From an uncultured Eubacteriales bacterium (GTDB lineage: Bacteria > Bacillota > Clostridia > CAZTHU01): a stretch of 28,249 nt of DNA. The DNA lies in the NCBI GenBank assembly GCA_964613575.1, contig CAZTHU010000001.1, positions 1-28,249 of the forward strand. The letters run 5' to 3'. Position numbers and translations under genes: made by a program. Under the pieces are notes generated by a model. The model saw nothing but the letters and a program-made list of their open reading frames with translations, was not told the DNA's origin and ran no database searches. Below, one piece after another: positions 8,714 through 19,093 of the stretch; the stretch's first letter is position 1, and each line of letters begins with the position of its first letter.

Positions 8714-10492
8714 TTAGCTTGCCTTACCATTAATGTCTTTAGATGCTTTAGAATTATTCCACATTTTCACAAGCTCTTCCTCGGTTAGTGTTTCTTTTTC
8801 TATAAGAGCTTTTGATATTTTTTCAAGCGCGTTTTTATTTTTTTCTAAATATTCTAAAGTCTCTTTGTATAATGTTTGCGACATCACCTTTATTTCCTCT
8901 AGTACTTTTTCACTTTTTATATCTATAACATCAAGATTTATCATACCAAAATTACTCATGCCAAATACTTTTACCATCGTGTGTAATTTTTGTGTAGCCA
9001 TTCCAATATCAGAGCTTGCACCTGTAGTAATTTTATTTTCATCGTTAAATAATATAAATTCAGCTGCTCTACCACCATAAGCAATCATTATATCATTTTT
9101 AATATCCTCTTTTGAAAGAAGATGTTCTTTTTCATTATTTATAAATGTCACTCCACCTGCACCACTTGTAGAGGCAATGATAGATACTTTAGGTACATTT
9201 TTATTTGCTAAAAATTTTGCAATAATAGCATGCCCTGCTTCATGATAGCCAACCGTTTTTACCTCTATAGGATCTCTATCTAAGTTCTTTCGTTGATATC
9301 CCTTCATGACTGCTTTATAAAAAGCCTCATCTAAATCTTCATTGTCTATAGCTTTTTTTCTTTTTACAGAGGCACTAATTGCAGCTTCATTTATTATCTT
9401 TGCAATATCGGCACCTGAACATGTTGAGGTGTATTTTGCAAGGCTTTCAAAATCGATTTCCTTGGCCAATTTTTTATTTTTCGAATAATATTCAATTATT
9501 TTTTTTCTATCATTTATATCAGGAAGTCCAATTGTTATATGTCGATCAAAACGACCTGAACGGGTAAAGGTTTCGTCTAATGCATTTAAATTATTCGTTG
9601 CGCCAATTACTAATATTCCGCTTGATTCATTAAACCCGTCCAATTCAACAAGAAATTGTTTTAATGTTTGTTCTTTTTCAGAGTTATTATCAATACCAGC
9701 CTTTTTAGCTAGTGCTTCCAATTCATCTACAAATATAACACAAGGTGCTTTTTGACGGGCATCTTTAAATAACTGTCTAACCCTAGAAGCACCAACACCT
9801 ACATACATTTCTACAAATTCTGATGCATTTACATTAAAAAATGGTACATCTGCCTCGCCAGCTATTGCTTTTGCAAATAATGTTTTTCCAGTTCCAGGTG
9901 GTCCATGAAGTATAACTCCTTTAGGAAGTTTTGCTCCAAGTTGTTGATATTTTTTAGGATTTTTCAAAAAATCGACTAAAAGAACAAGATCTGTTTTGGT
10001 TTCTTCGTGACCAGCTACGTCAGAAAATTTTACATTTGATGTTATGACTATATTTTCTTTAGTGTTTTTGTTTTTGGGCATATATCCCCTCAAAAAGAGT
10101 AATAGAATACCAATAGGTATGATTACAAATAGGATCTCAAGTAAAAACCTAATAGCATTCATGTGAAATGGTGTTGGCAATTCGGAAACCTCGACACCAT
10201 TTTCTAGCAAGAATTTTCTAAACTCTGGAAAATCTGGATCGGATACAAAGAAAACTTCTTCACTTTGCGTAGTAACTTTGAGTTTAGATTTATTCGATTT
10301 AAACTCAACCGTATCTATTTCACTATCTTTAACCTTTTCTCTAAATAAATTATATTTTAGGCTATCATCGGAAGATTCTTTTTCCATTTCATTATTACCC
10401 AAAATTCCGAAGCTATAGCTAACAAATAGAATACCGCCAACAATAGCTAAAATAAACAAAATTTGTTTTAAGATACTTTTATTTTTTTTCAT
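8714..10492 (-). CDS. ftsH: ATP-dependent zinc metalloprotease, FtsH family, divergent paralog
   Basis: Two N-terminal TMs, Walker A GPPGTGKT, Walker B VIFVDE, SRH TNN..RSGRFDR, zinc motif HEAGH; SD AGAGGAG. Confidence 0.9.
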   Translation of the reverse strand: MKKNKSILKQILFILAIVGGILFVSYSFGILGNNEMEKESSDDSLKYNLFREKVKDSEIDTVEFKSNKSKLKVTTQSEEVFFVSDPDFPEFRKFLLENGVEVSELPTPFHMNAIRFLLEILFVIIPIGILLLFLRGYMPKNKNTKENIVITSNVKFSDVAGHEETKTDLVLLVDFLKNPKKYQQLGAKLPKGVILHGPPGTGKTLFAKAIAGEADVPFFNVNASEFVEMYVGVGASRVRQLFKDARQKAPCVIFVDELEALAKKAGIDNNSEKEQTLKQFLVELDGFNESSGILVIGATNNLNALDETFTRSGRFDRHITIGLPDINDRKKIIEYYSKNKKLAKEIDFESLAKYTSTCSGADIAKIINEAAISASVKRKKAIDNEDLDEAFYKAVMKGYQRKNLDRDPIEVKTVGYHEAGHAIIAKFLANKNVPKVSIIASTSGAGGVTFINNEKEHLLSKEDIKNDIMIAYGGRAAEFILFNDENKITTGASSDIGMATQKLHTMVKVFGMSNFGMINLDVIDIKSEKVLEEIKVMSQTLYKETLEYLEKNKNALEKISKALIEKETLTEEELVKMWNNSKASKDINGKAS

Positions 10493-10544
10493 AACATAAA
10501 ATCTCCTCTAAATAACTTTTCTGAGTTTCTGTTTAAAAATCTAC

Positions 10545-10853
10545 GCAATAATTCTCGTGACTATAGTAGTGAGATGAATTGCGCCACTTAATATATATGC
10601 TAGTTTTTATAACAACTAATATATAGTTGTTATGGAACTAGCAAAACCAGTAGTTTCCCTTAGCCAATGTTGGAAAAGCTTCGCAATGTGGTTGACCTTT
10701 CCTTTCCTTCAGAACTTTTACAGAGCCACGATAGTGCCAAGAACTATGGAATCATTCTTGGGTATCTACTTCTAATCCAAAGTAGTCAGTTAAGACTTAG
10801 GCTAGTCAATAAGAGCTTTTACAAGCCCGTCACTTTAGTGATGGATTATTGAC
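10545..10853. mobile_element. Non-autonomous IS200/IS605-family (IscB-type) MITE with no nuclease or transposase gene
   Basis: Two related subterminal hairpins, CTCGTGAC-TATA-GTAGTGAG (10554-10573) and CCCGTCAC-TTTA-GTGATGGA (10826-10845); + strand ends in TTGAC (10849-10853); omegaRNA-like interior. Confidence 0.8.
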
Positions 10854-10873
10854 AGAGTGTTCTAGTTTTGTTA
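10645..10873 (-). ncRNA. HEARO / IscB omegaRNA scaffold (10853 to about 10645) with a putative 5' guide from the flank (about 10873-10854)
   Basis: Minus strand reads GTCAATAA..TTATTGAC-TAGCCTAAG..ACTACTTTGGA..GATACCCAAGAATG..AGTTCTTGGCACTATC..AAGC..TCCAACATTGGCTAAGGGAA, the motif order of HEARO/omegaRNAs as I recall it; the helices are directly visible; ends approximate. Confidence 0.8.
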
Positions 10874-10930
10874 CAACGTAGTAATTTTAAAGTAGGAAAA
10901 ATTAGAGTTTGAAATTTCAATATTAAGATT

Positions 10931-10959
10931 ATTATAACATATCAATAAGAAAAAGTCAG
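10931..10959 (-). promoter_or_regulatory. Sigma-A promoter upstream of the omegaRNA and ftsH paralog
   Basis: Minus strand CTGACT, 17 nt, TATAAT with extended -10 TG. Confidence 0.55.
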
Positions 10960-10964
10960 TATTC

Positions 10965-11022
10965 AAACAATATCAATACAATTATTTTGTATTTAATGCA
11001 GAATAATTGTATTGTATTGTTT
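10965..11022. terminator. Long AT-rich inverted repeat just downstream of the ankyrin gene; likely terminator
   Basis: AAACAATA(T)CAATACAATTATT pairs with AATAATTGTATTGTATTGTTT (21 bp, one bulge). Confidence 0.5.
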
Positions 11023-11032
11023 GTTAGCTATA

Positions 11033-12190
11033 TTAAACAGTTAAAGATAATGATTTTTGTTTAGTTTCTTGCTGTAGGTTTAAGCTTAGCTCTTTTTTAG
11101 GTAGCTTTCTTTCTTTAGTGTTAGGAGTATATTTTGCATATATGCTATTAGAGTCTACGACTTTCTCAGCCTCTTTTTCTTCTACCCTAGGTTGTACTTG
11201 ATGTTTGTTTATATAGTTTGCTAAATCTAGGTTATCTTTTAAAACAGCCAAATCGGAAGGCTTTCTTTTCCATTTGTCTAGCAGTTTTGGATTTGCTCCA
11301 TTATCTAACAAGGTATCTACAGTATCTTTATTGCATTTGTAAGCAGCTATATGAAGAGGTGTAAGGTTTTTCTTAGACTTAGCATTAACATCTGCACCAC
11401 TATTTACAAAAAGTTTTACAAGCTCAGAATCTTGCTTTAATACTGCTAGATGAAGTGGACTATATCCATTTTTTTCTTTAGTATTAAGCTTTATTTCATT
11501 TTCAACAAGCTTTTGAATTATTCTTTTCTTTTCATCTTGGTCAGGTAATAAGGTTTCCTTTTTATCAAAAACGCTAAGTGGATATTCAACCATGTCTGGA
11601 TTAGGAATAAGTTCTTTTTTATTGTCATCAACTCTTTTAATATCGGATATGTAAGCGTTTTTTACTATAACTCCCTTTACATCACCTATAAAAAGGTTTT
11701 GTATAGGTGTTTCTTTACTTCTGTTAAAAATTTTAGTTTTTGCACCTGCATTAAGAAGAGCTTGAACTGTTTCTTCTCTTTTAAATAGATTTTTTTTAGC
11801 ACTGTCTAAAAGATAACCACCAAACTCAGGATTAACATGGTCGTTAGTAGAAAAGTTAACAGTATTAGAAGATAAACTTAGACCTAAGCAAGATCTTCCT
11901 TTGTGGTCACGTGTATTTGGGTTAGCACCGTATTCCAATAAAAGACTTGTAAGTCTTGGGTTTGACGTTTTAGACGCAAAAGATATTAAAGGTACTTTAT
12001 TACCTTTTTCATCTTTTAAAGTAGCGTTTGGATTGGCATTTAGATCTAATAGCTTTTCTACATCATCTAATGTAGCGTTTGTAGCAGCAAGGTGATCTTT
12101 GTTTTGCCCGTCAGTTTTTTTGAATAATTCGACTAATTTGTTTGTTGCTGTTTTACTGTAGCTGTCTGTACATGAAAATAATTTGTACAT
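11033..12190 (-). CDS. Ankyrin-repeat protein, 385 aa
   Basis: GYSPLHLAV..GADVNAK, NLTPLHIAA..GANPK, LLLEYGANPNTRD repeats; SD GGGGG; no signal peptide. Confidence 0.9.
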   Translation of the reverse strand: MYKLFSCTDSYSKTATNKLVELFKKTDGQNKDHLAATNATLDDVEKLLDLNANPNATLKDEKGNKVPLISFASKTSNPRLTSLLLEYGANPNTRDHKGRSCLGLSLSSNTVNFSTNDHVNPEFGGYLLDSAKKNLFKREETVQALLNAGAKTKIFNRSKETPIQNLFIGDVKGVIVKNAYISDIKRVDDNKKELIPNPDMVEYPLSVFDKKETLLPDQDEKKRIIQKLVENEIKLNTKEKNGYSPLHLAVLKQDSELVKLFVNSGADVNAKSKKNLTPLHIAAYKCNKDTVDTLLDNGANPKLLDKWKRKPSDLAVLKDNLDLANYINKHQVQPRVEEKEAEKVVDSNSIYAKYTPNTKERKLPKKELSLNLQQETKQKSLSLTV

Positions 12191-12242
12191 ATTAATTACC
12201 CCCTTTGTATTTTATAAAAAAACATTTCTCTGTATTATGTGG

Positions 12243-12271
12243 ATTATATAACACGATTGTTGAATATGCAA
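12243..12271 (-). promoter_or_regulatory. Sigma-A promoter of the ankyrin gene, divergent from hrcA
   Basis: Minus strand TTGCAT, 17 nt, TATAAT. Confidence 0.65.
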
Positions 12272-12274
12272 CCC

Positions 12275-12307
12275 TTTTAAAGTTAGTTTTTAAAGTTAGT
12301 TTTTAAA
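12275..12307. repeat. 13-bp tandem repeat, 2.5 copies, between divergent promoters
   Basis: TTTTAAAGTTAGT x2 followed by TTTTAAA. Confidence 0.85.
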
Positions 12308-12315
12308 AAATGGGG

Positions 12316-12344
12316 TTGACAATTAAGGGTTTAGATGGTATTTT
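12316..12344 (+). promoter_or_regulatory. Sigma-A promoter of the hrcA-dnaK operon
   Basis: TTGACA, 17 nt, TATTTT with extended -10 TG, directly upstream of CIRCE. Confidence 0.8.
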
Positions 12345-12355
12345 ATTAATTGAAA

Positions 12356-12382
12356 TTAGCACTCAATCAGATAGAGTGCTAA
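12356..12382 (+). promoter_or_regulatory. CIRCE operator (HrcA binding site)
   Basis: Exact consensus TTAGCACTC-N9-GAGTGCTAA. Confidence 0.98.
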
Positions 12383-12397
12383 CAAGAGGTGATAGAT

Positions 12398-13435
12398 ATG
12401 TTTTTGGAAGACAGAAAAAAACGTATTTTAAAATCTATTATAGATGACTATATAACTACTGCAGAACCTGTGGGTTCTAGAGCTATAGCTCGCAAATATG
12501 AACTAGGTTTGAGTTCTGCCACAATTAGGCTAGAGATGGCAGATCTCGAAGAGCTAGGTTTTTTGATGCAGCCATATACGTCTGCAGGTAGGGTGCCTTC
12601 TGACAAAGGCTACAGATTTTATGTAGATGAACTTATGGATCTAGAAAAGCTAACGGTGGAACAGATTCAAAATATAAGGCGTGCTCTAAAAGATAAAATA
12701 AATGAGGTTGAACAATTAGTAAGAATGGCTTCATCTATTTTATCTAATGCAACTAACTATACTTCAATGGCTACTGCTCCGTCGATTAATAGCGTGATTG
12801 TTAAAACTATCCAACTGGTTTGGGTAGATGATAAAAAAATTTTGGTAGTTTTAGTAGTTGATGGAAATATTATAAAAAATGCCTTAAAGAGGCTTTCTTT
12901 GACTATTACTAAAGATGATACGAACATACTCACAAATTTAATAAATGAAAAAATTACAGGAATACCTTTACAACAAATTGAACAAGCGTTAAACTCTATA
13001 GAGTATTTAATACTTGGAATTGAACCAAAATTATTTAGGGAAGTTTTAGGAGGTATATTAGAATGTGTAAGTCAAATAGATGTGGTGGATTACTTTCTAG
13101 AAGGAACTAAAAATATTTTGAACTTTCCTGAATTCAAAGACTTAGATAAGGCAAGATTATTTTTAGAGATGATGGATAAAAAAGAGTACATTAGCACAAT
13201 GTTAAAAACACAAGAAGATGCAAGAGATATGAATATTCAGATAGGCCAAGAAAATGAGATTATTGAAGCAAGGGATTGTAGCGTTGTTATTACGAGCTAT
13301 TCCTTGGGGGACTCAATCATTGGTTCTATTGGAATTATAGGACCTACAAGGATGGAATATGCTAAGGTGATTAAATATATGAATCATATAAGAAAGATGG
13401 TAAACGAGGAAATTCAAAAGTTGGTTTCGGATTAA
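12398..13435 (+). CDS. hrcA: Heat-inducible transcription repressor HrcA
   Basis: PVGSRAI, SSATIR, PYTSAGRVPSDKGYRFYVD, GIIGPTRMEY; ATG 12398 follows SD GAGGTGA (ORF track start 12389). Confidence 0.97.
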   Translation: MFLEDRKKRILKSIIDDYITTAEPVGSRAIARKYELGLSSATIRLEMADLEELGFLMQPYTSAGRVPSDKGYRFYVDELMDLEKLTVEQIQNIRRALKDKINEVEQLVRMASSILSNATNYTSMATAPSINSVIVKTIQLVWVDDKKILVVLVVDGNIIKNALKRLSLTITKDDTNILTNLINEKITGIPLQQIEQALNSIEYLILGIEPKLFREVLGGILECVSQIDVVDYFLEGTKNILNFPEFKDLDKARLFLEMMDKKEYISTMLKTQEDARDMNIQIGQENEIIEARDCSVVITSYSLGDSIIGSIGIIGPTRMEYAKVIKYMNHIRKMVNEEIQKLVSD

Positions 13436-13460
13436 AAATACAATGGAGGCTTGATGTATA

Positions 13461-14075
13461 ATGAAAAAAAACAATAAAAAGAAAGACAATTTGAAGGGTA
13501 AAGAAAATAATATTAATTTAGATGTTGAAGAAAAAGAGGGCGATAAAGACCCTCGTATTGATGAAACAGAAAGTCAACAGCCTTTAAACGATCAAGATGA
13601 GCAACATGAAGAAAAAGAAACAAATGAGGAAAATGAAGTTAAAAATTTAGAAAAAAAATGCGATGATTATGCAAAAAAAATGCAAAAAGTTGCGGCTGAT
13701 TTTGAGAATTACAAAAAAAGGGTTTTAAAAGAAAAGCAAACAACATATGCTGATGCATTAATAGAAGCAGTAGAAGCATTTTTACCCTTGATGGATAATT
13801 TTGAAAGAGCACTGAAAGTATCTTCAGACTGTGAAAAAGACCCTTTTAGGGAGGGGATTGAAATGTTGTTTAAGCAATTTGAGGAAGCCTTTTTTAAACT
13901 AGGAGTTAAAGAGATTAAATCGTTAGGGGAAACATTTGATCCGCAACTACATAATGCAGTTATGCATATAGAGGATGAAAGTTTTTCAGACGGTGAGATT
14001 ATTGAAGAACTTCAAAAAGGTTATCTTCTAGGAGATAAAGTCATAAGGCATAGCATGGTGAAAGTAGCTAATTAA
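13461..14075 (+). CDS. grpE: Nucleotide exchange factor GrpE
   Basis: ADFENYKKR, FDPQLHNAV, QKGYLLGDKVIRHSMVKVAN; operon position. Confidence 0.96.
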   Translation: MKKNNKKKDNLKGKENNINLDVEEKEGDKDPRIDETESQQPLNDQDEQHEEKETNEENEVKNLEKKCDDYAKKMQKVAADFENYKKRVLKEKQTTYADALIEAVEAFLPLMDNFERALKVSSDCEKDPFREGIEMLFKQFEEAFFKLGVKEIKSLGETFDPQLHNAVMHIEDESFSDGEIIEELQKGYLLGDKVIRHSMVKVAN

Positions 14076-14141
14076 ATTGGTAGCAAATGTTCTTATATGT
14101 AAAAGATACAGCTACCAAACAAAAATACAAATTATAGATAG

Positions 14142-16037
<1,896 letters not shown>

Positions 16038-16055
16038 TGTTAAATAATAAAAAAC

Positions 16056-16079
16056 GGCTCCTAAAAGTTTTTAGGAGCC
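16056..16079 (+). terminator. Stem-loop between dnaK and dnaJ (partial terminator or mRNA stabiliser)
   Basis: GGCTCCTAAA pairs with TTTAGGAGCC. Confidence 0.6.
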
Positions 16080-16109
16080 TAAAGTTTTTAAATAGTGAGG
16101 GATTAATTT

Positions 16110-17258
16110 ATGGCAGAAAAAAGAGATTACTATGAGATATTAGGTGTATCAAAGGATGCTTCGGATGCTGAAATAAAGAAGGCTTTTAGAAAATATGCTA
16201 AAAAATATCACCCAGATGTAAATCCAGGTGATAAGACGGCTGAAAAAAACTTTAAAGAGGCAAATGAAGCTTATGAAGTATTAGGTGACCCTAAAAAGAA
16301 AGCTAATTATGATAGATTTGGACATGCTGCGCAAGGTGGAGGTTATGGAGGCTTTGAAGGTTTTGGAGGATTCTCTGACGGCGGTGACTTTGGTTTTGGG
16401 GATATATTTGAGGCGTTTTTTGGTGGTGGATTTGGAGGTGGCAGATCTTCTAGAAGTAGAAATGCTCCAAGAAGAGGGGCTGATCTAAAAATGAGCCTTG
16501 AGGTGACTTTTGAGGAGGCAGCATTTGGAACAGAAAATACGGTCACAATTCCAAGAATGGAACAGTGTTCTACTTGTAATGGCGCAGGCTCAAAGCCTGG
16601 AACTTCACCAGTTACATGTAAGCATTGTCATGGAAGAGGTCAAGTTGAGGTTACACAAAGGACTCCATTTGGGCAATTTGTTAATGTTAAAACATGTGAT
16701 GTTTGTAGTGGTGCAGGTAAAATTAATGAAAACCCTTGTCAAACTTGTAGTGGAAATGGAAAGGTTAAAAAGAATACCAAACTCAACATAAAAATACCTG
16801 CAGGGATAGATAATGGTCAAACGATTTCTTTAAGAGGAGAAGGAGAAGCTGGTGCGAATAATGGGCCAAGTGGTGATTTGCATATCAACATAAGGGTAAA
16901 ACACCATAATCTATTTACTAGGGAAGGTTATAATGTACATATCACTATTCCAATAACTTTTGTACATGCAGCACTAGGTGGAGAAGTTGAAATACCTACC
17001 CTTTATGGAAGAGAAAAACTTAGTGTTCCGGAAGGGACACAAACTGATAGGGTTTTTAAACTAAAGAATAAAGGCATTCCTTATTTAAGAGGAAGTGGTA
17101 AAGGTGACCAATATGTTAAAGTTGTTGTTGAAGTACCGGAAAGATTAAATGAAAAGCAAAAGCAGATCTTAAGGCAGTTTGCTGAAGAAACTTGTGATGA
17201 TTGCTATAGACAAAGAAAGAGTTTTTTTACTAAGATGAAGGATGTCTTTGGTATTTAA
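16110..17258 (+). CDS. dnaJ: Chaperone DnaJ
   Basis: J domain with HPD, G/F-rich region, four CxxCxGxG repeats. Confidence 0.99.
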   Translation: MAEKRDYYEILGVSKDASDAEIKKAFRKYAKKYHPDVNPGDKTAEKNFKEANEAYEVLGDPKKKANYDRFGHAAQGGGYGGFEGFGGFSDGGDFGFGDIFEAFFGGGFGGGRSSRSRNAPRRGADLKMSLEVTFEEAAFGTENTVTIPRMEQCSTCNGAGSKPGTSPVTCKHCHGRGQVEVTQRTPFGQFVNVKTCDVCSGAGKINENPCQTCSGNGKVKKNTKLNIKIPAGIDNGQTISLRGEGEAGANNGPSGDLHINIRVKHHNLFTREGYNVHITIPITFVHAALGGEVEIPTLYGREKLSVPEGTQTDRVFKLKNKGIPYLRGSGKGDQYVKVVVEVPERLNEKQKQILRQFAEETCDDCYRQRKSFFTKMKDVFGI

Positions 17259-17285
17259 GTGTTAGTTTTAGTTTGGGGAGGAAAC

Positions 17286-18275
17286 ATGGACTATTTAAAG
17301 GTAAAAATTTATACTACAAGCCAAGGTGTTGAGTCTATTACTGGAAGGCTGTATAACCTTGGCATTAATGGTTTTGAAATTGAAGATGAAAATGATTTTG
17401 ATATGTTCTTACAAAACGAATCTCCAAATTGGGATTGTGTGGATGATTGTGTAAGAGAAGGTTTTGAAAAAGGAGTAGCAGTTATAAAGGTATACTTATC
17501 AAATGATAATTATGGCAAAGAAAATTTAGAACTAATAAGAGCGGATTTAAAAACTTTAAAAGCTACTCAATTAGATTATGATTTAGGTACTTTAAATATT
17601 TTACTAGAAAATGTTAAGGATGAGGATTGGGCAAATAATTGGAAGCAATATTTTACACCAATAAAGTTAGGAGAAAAGATATTCATAAAGCCAAGCTGGC
17701 AAGAACTTGATGGTTTAGATGTTGGTGAAAGAAAGATTTTTGAAATTGATCCTGGAATGATGTTTGGAACTGGATTGCATGAGTCTACTAGGCTTTGTAT
17801 TAGAGCTTTAGAAAAATATTTAAAAAAAGACCAAGAAATTTTAGATATTGGTTGTGGTAGTGGTATTCTTTCTATAATTTCAGTTTTGCTTGAAGCTAAA
17901 AGTGTTAATGCGGTTGATATAGATCCGAATGTTTTTAAGGTTATGGAAAGAAATATTGCATTAAATAACCATGGCATGGATAAATATACTATAATGGCAG
18001 GTGATGTATTAACCGATAGTGATTTAAGATTAAAGCTTGGGGAAAAATCTTATGATACTGTTTTTGCAAACATTATAGCTGATGTATTAATTCCCTTAGC
18101 GCCGTTTGTTCGAAATTGTTTAAAACAAGGCGGAATATTAATTTCAGGGGGCATTATATTAGACAGAAAAAAAGAGGTAGAAGAAATATTTAGGGTAAAT
18201 GGGTTTGAAATATTAGAAACAATACAAGAAGGCGAATGGGTGGCGATGGTTGCAAAATGTCTAGATTCTTTGTAG
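17286..18275 (+). CDS. prmA: Ribosomal protein L11 methyltransferase
   Basis: WANNWKQYF, IDPGMMFGTGLHEST, LDIGCGSGILS, ANIIA; ATG 17286 follows SD GGAGG (ORF track start 17259). Confidence 0.95.
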   Translation: MDYLKVKIYTTSQGVESITGRLYNLGINGFEIEDENDFDMFLQNESPNWDCVDDCVREGFEKGVAVIKVYLSNDNYGKENLELIRADLKTLKATQLDYDLGTLNILLENVKDEDWANNWKQYFTPIKLGEKIFIKPSWQELDGLDVGERKIFEIDPGMMFGTGLHESTRLCIRALEKYLKKDQEILDIGCGSGILSIISVLLEAKSVNAVDIDPNVFKVMERNIALNNHGMDKYTIMAGDVLTDSDLRLKLGEKSYDTVFANIIADVLIPLAPFVRNCLKQGGILISGGIILDRKKEVEEIFRVNGFEILETIQEGEWVAMVAKCLDSL

Positions 18276-18994
18276 AAAAAGGTGCTCAAATTGGAGAAAT
18301 GCTAGTAATAAAGGGCGAGAATTTCCATCATATAAAAAATGTGTTAAGACACAAAATAGAAGACAGGCTGGTTTTTTGTGATGGAAGTGGGCTAGAATTT
18401 TTTTGTGTGATAAAAAGAATATTTAAAGATTGTCTTGAGGTTTTTGTTGAAGATGTAAGAAAATCTAAAAATGAGCCAGACTTAAAGATAACTCTTTTTC
18501 AGGGACTGCCAAAAGCGGATAAGTTTGAATACATAATACAAAAAGCTGTAGAACTTGGTGTTAATAATATAGTTCCTGTTAAAACCTCTAGATGCATAGT
18601 TAAGATAGACGAAAATAGTGCTCAAAAAAAGATTGATAGGTGGCAAAAAATTTCCTTTGAGGCAGCTAAGCAGTCAAGAAGGGCAATTATTCCTAAAATA
18701 AAAAACATAGTATCATTTAACGAAGCTTGTAAAAAACACCAAGATTTCGATTTAAGAATAATTCCTTATGAGAATGAAAAAATAAATACAATAAGACAAG
18801 CCCTGAAAGCAAAAAATCTGATAAAGAACATAGGTGTTTTTATAGGGCCAGAGGGAGGTTTCGAGGAATCTGAAATAGATATTGCTAAGCAAAATTCTAT
18901 AATACCTGTAACATTAGGCAATAGAATTTTAAGGACAGAAACTGCTGGTATCGCAATTTTGTCAATGCTTATGTATGAATTTGAAGAAGCTTAA
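18257..18994 (+). CDS. rsmE: 16S rRNA m3U1498 methyltransferase RsmE
   Basis: HHIKNVLR, QKAVELGV, EAAKQSRR, IGPEGGF, LGNRILRTETA; likely start MSRFF at 18257 (ORF track start 18236). Confidence 0.95.
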   Translation: MSRFFVEKGAQIGEMLVIKGENFHHIKNVLRHKIEDRLVFCDGSGLEFFCVIKRIFKDCLEVFVEDVRKSKNEPDLKITLFQGLPKADKFEYIIQKAVELGVNNIVPVKTSRCIVKIDENSAQKKIDRWQKISFEAAKQSRRAIIPKIKNIVSFNEACKKHQDFDLRIIPYENEKINTIRQALKAKNLIKNIGVFIGPEGGFEESEIDIAKQNSIIPVTLGNRILRTETAGIAILSMLMYEFEEA

Positions 18995-19015
18995 TAATGG
19001 GCGCTTTATCTGTTG

Positions 19016-19044
19016 TTGCTAAATTTACGTTTTTATGATATAAT
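19016..19044 (+). promoter_or_regulatory. Sigma-A promoter of the yloC operon
   Basis: TTGCTA, 17 nt, TATAAT with extended -10 TG. Confidence 0.65.
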
Positions 19045-19093
19045 CAAAAATTGTGAATTGTTAATTTTAATAAAAAATAATTAGGAGAATGAT

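Noticed and set aside
10667-10852. 61-aa plus-strand ORF inside the MITE
   Set aside because: Antisense to the omegaRNA scaffold, no SD, no IscB (PLMP/RuvC/HNH) or TnpA (HUH) motifs
10854-10873. Guide similarity to the CIRCE arm (AGAGTG)
   Set aside because: Only about 6 nt match and no adjacent TAM; consistent with chance
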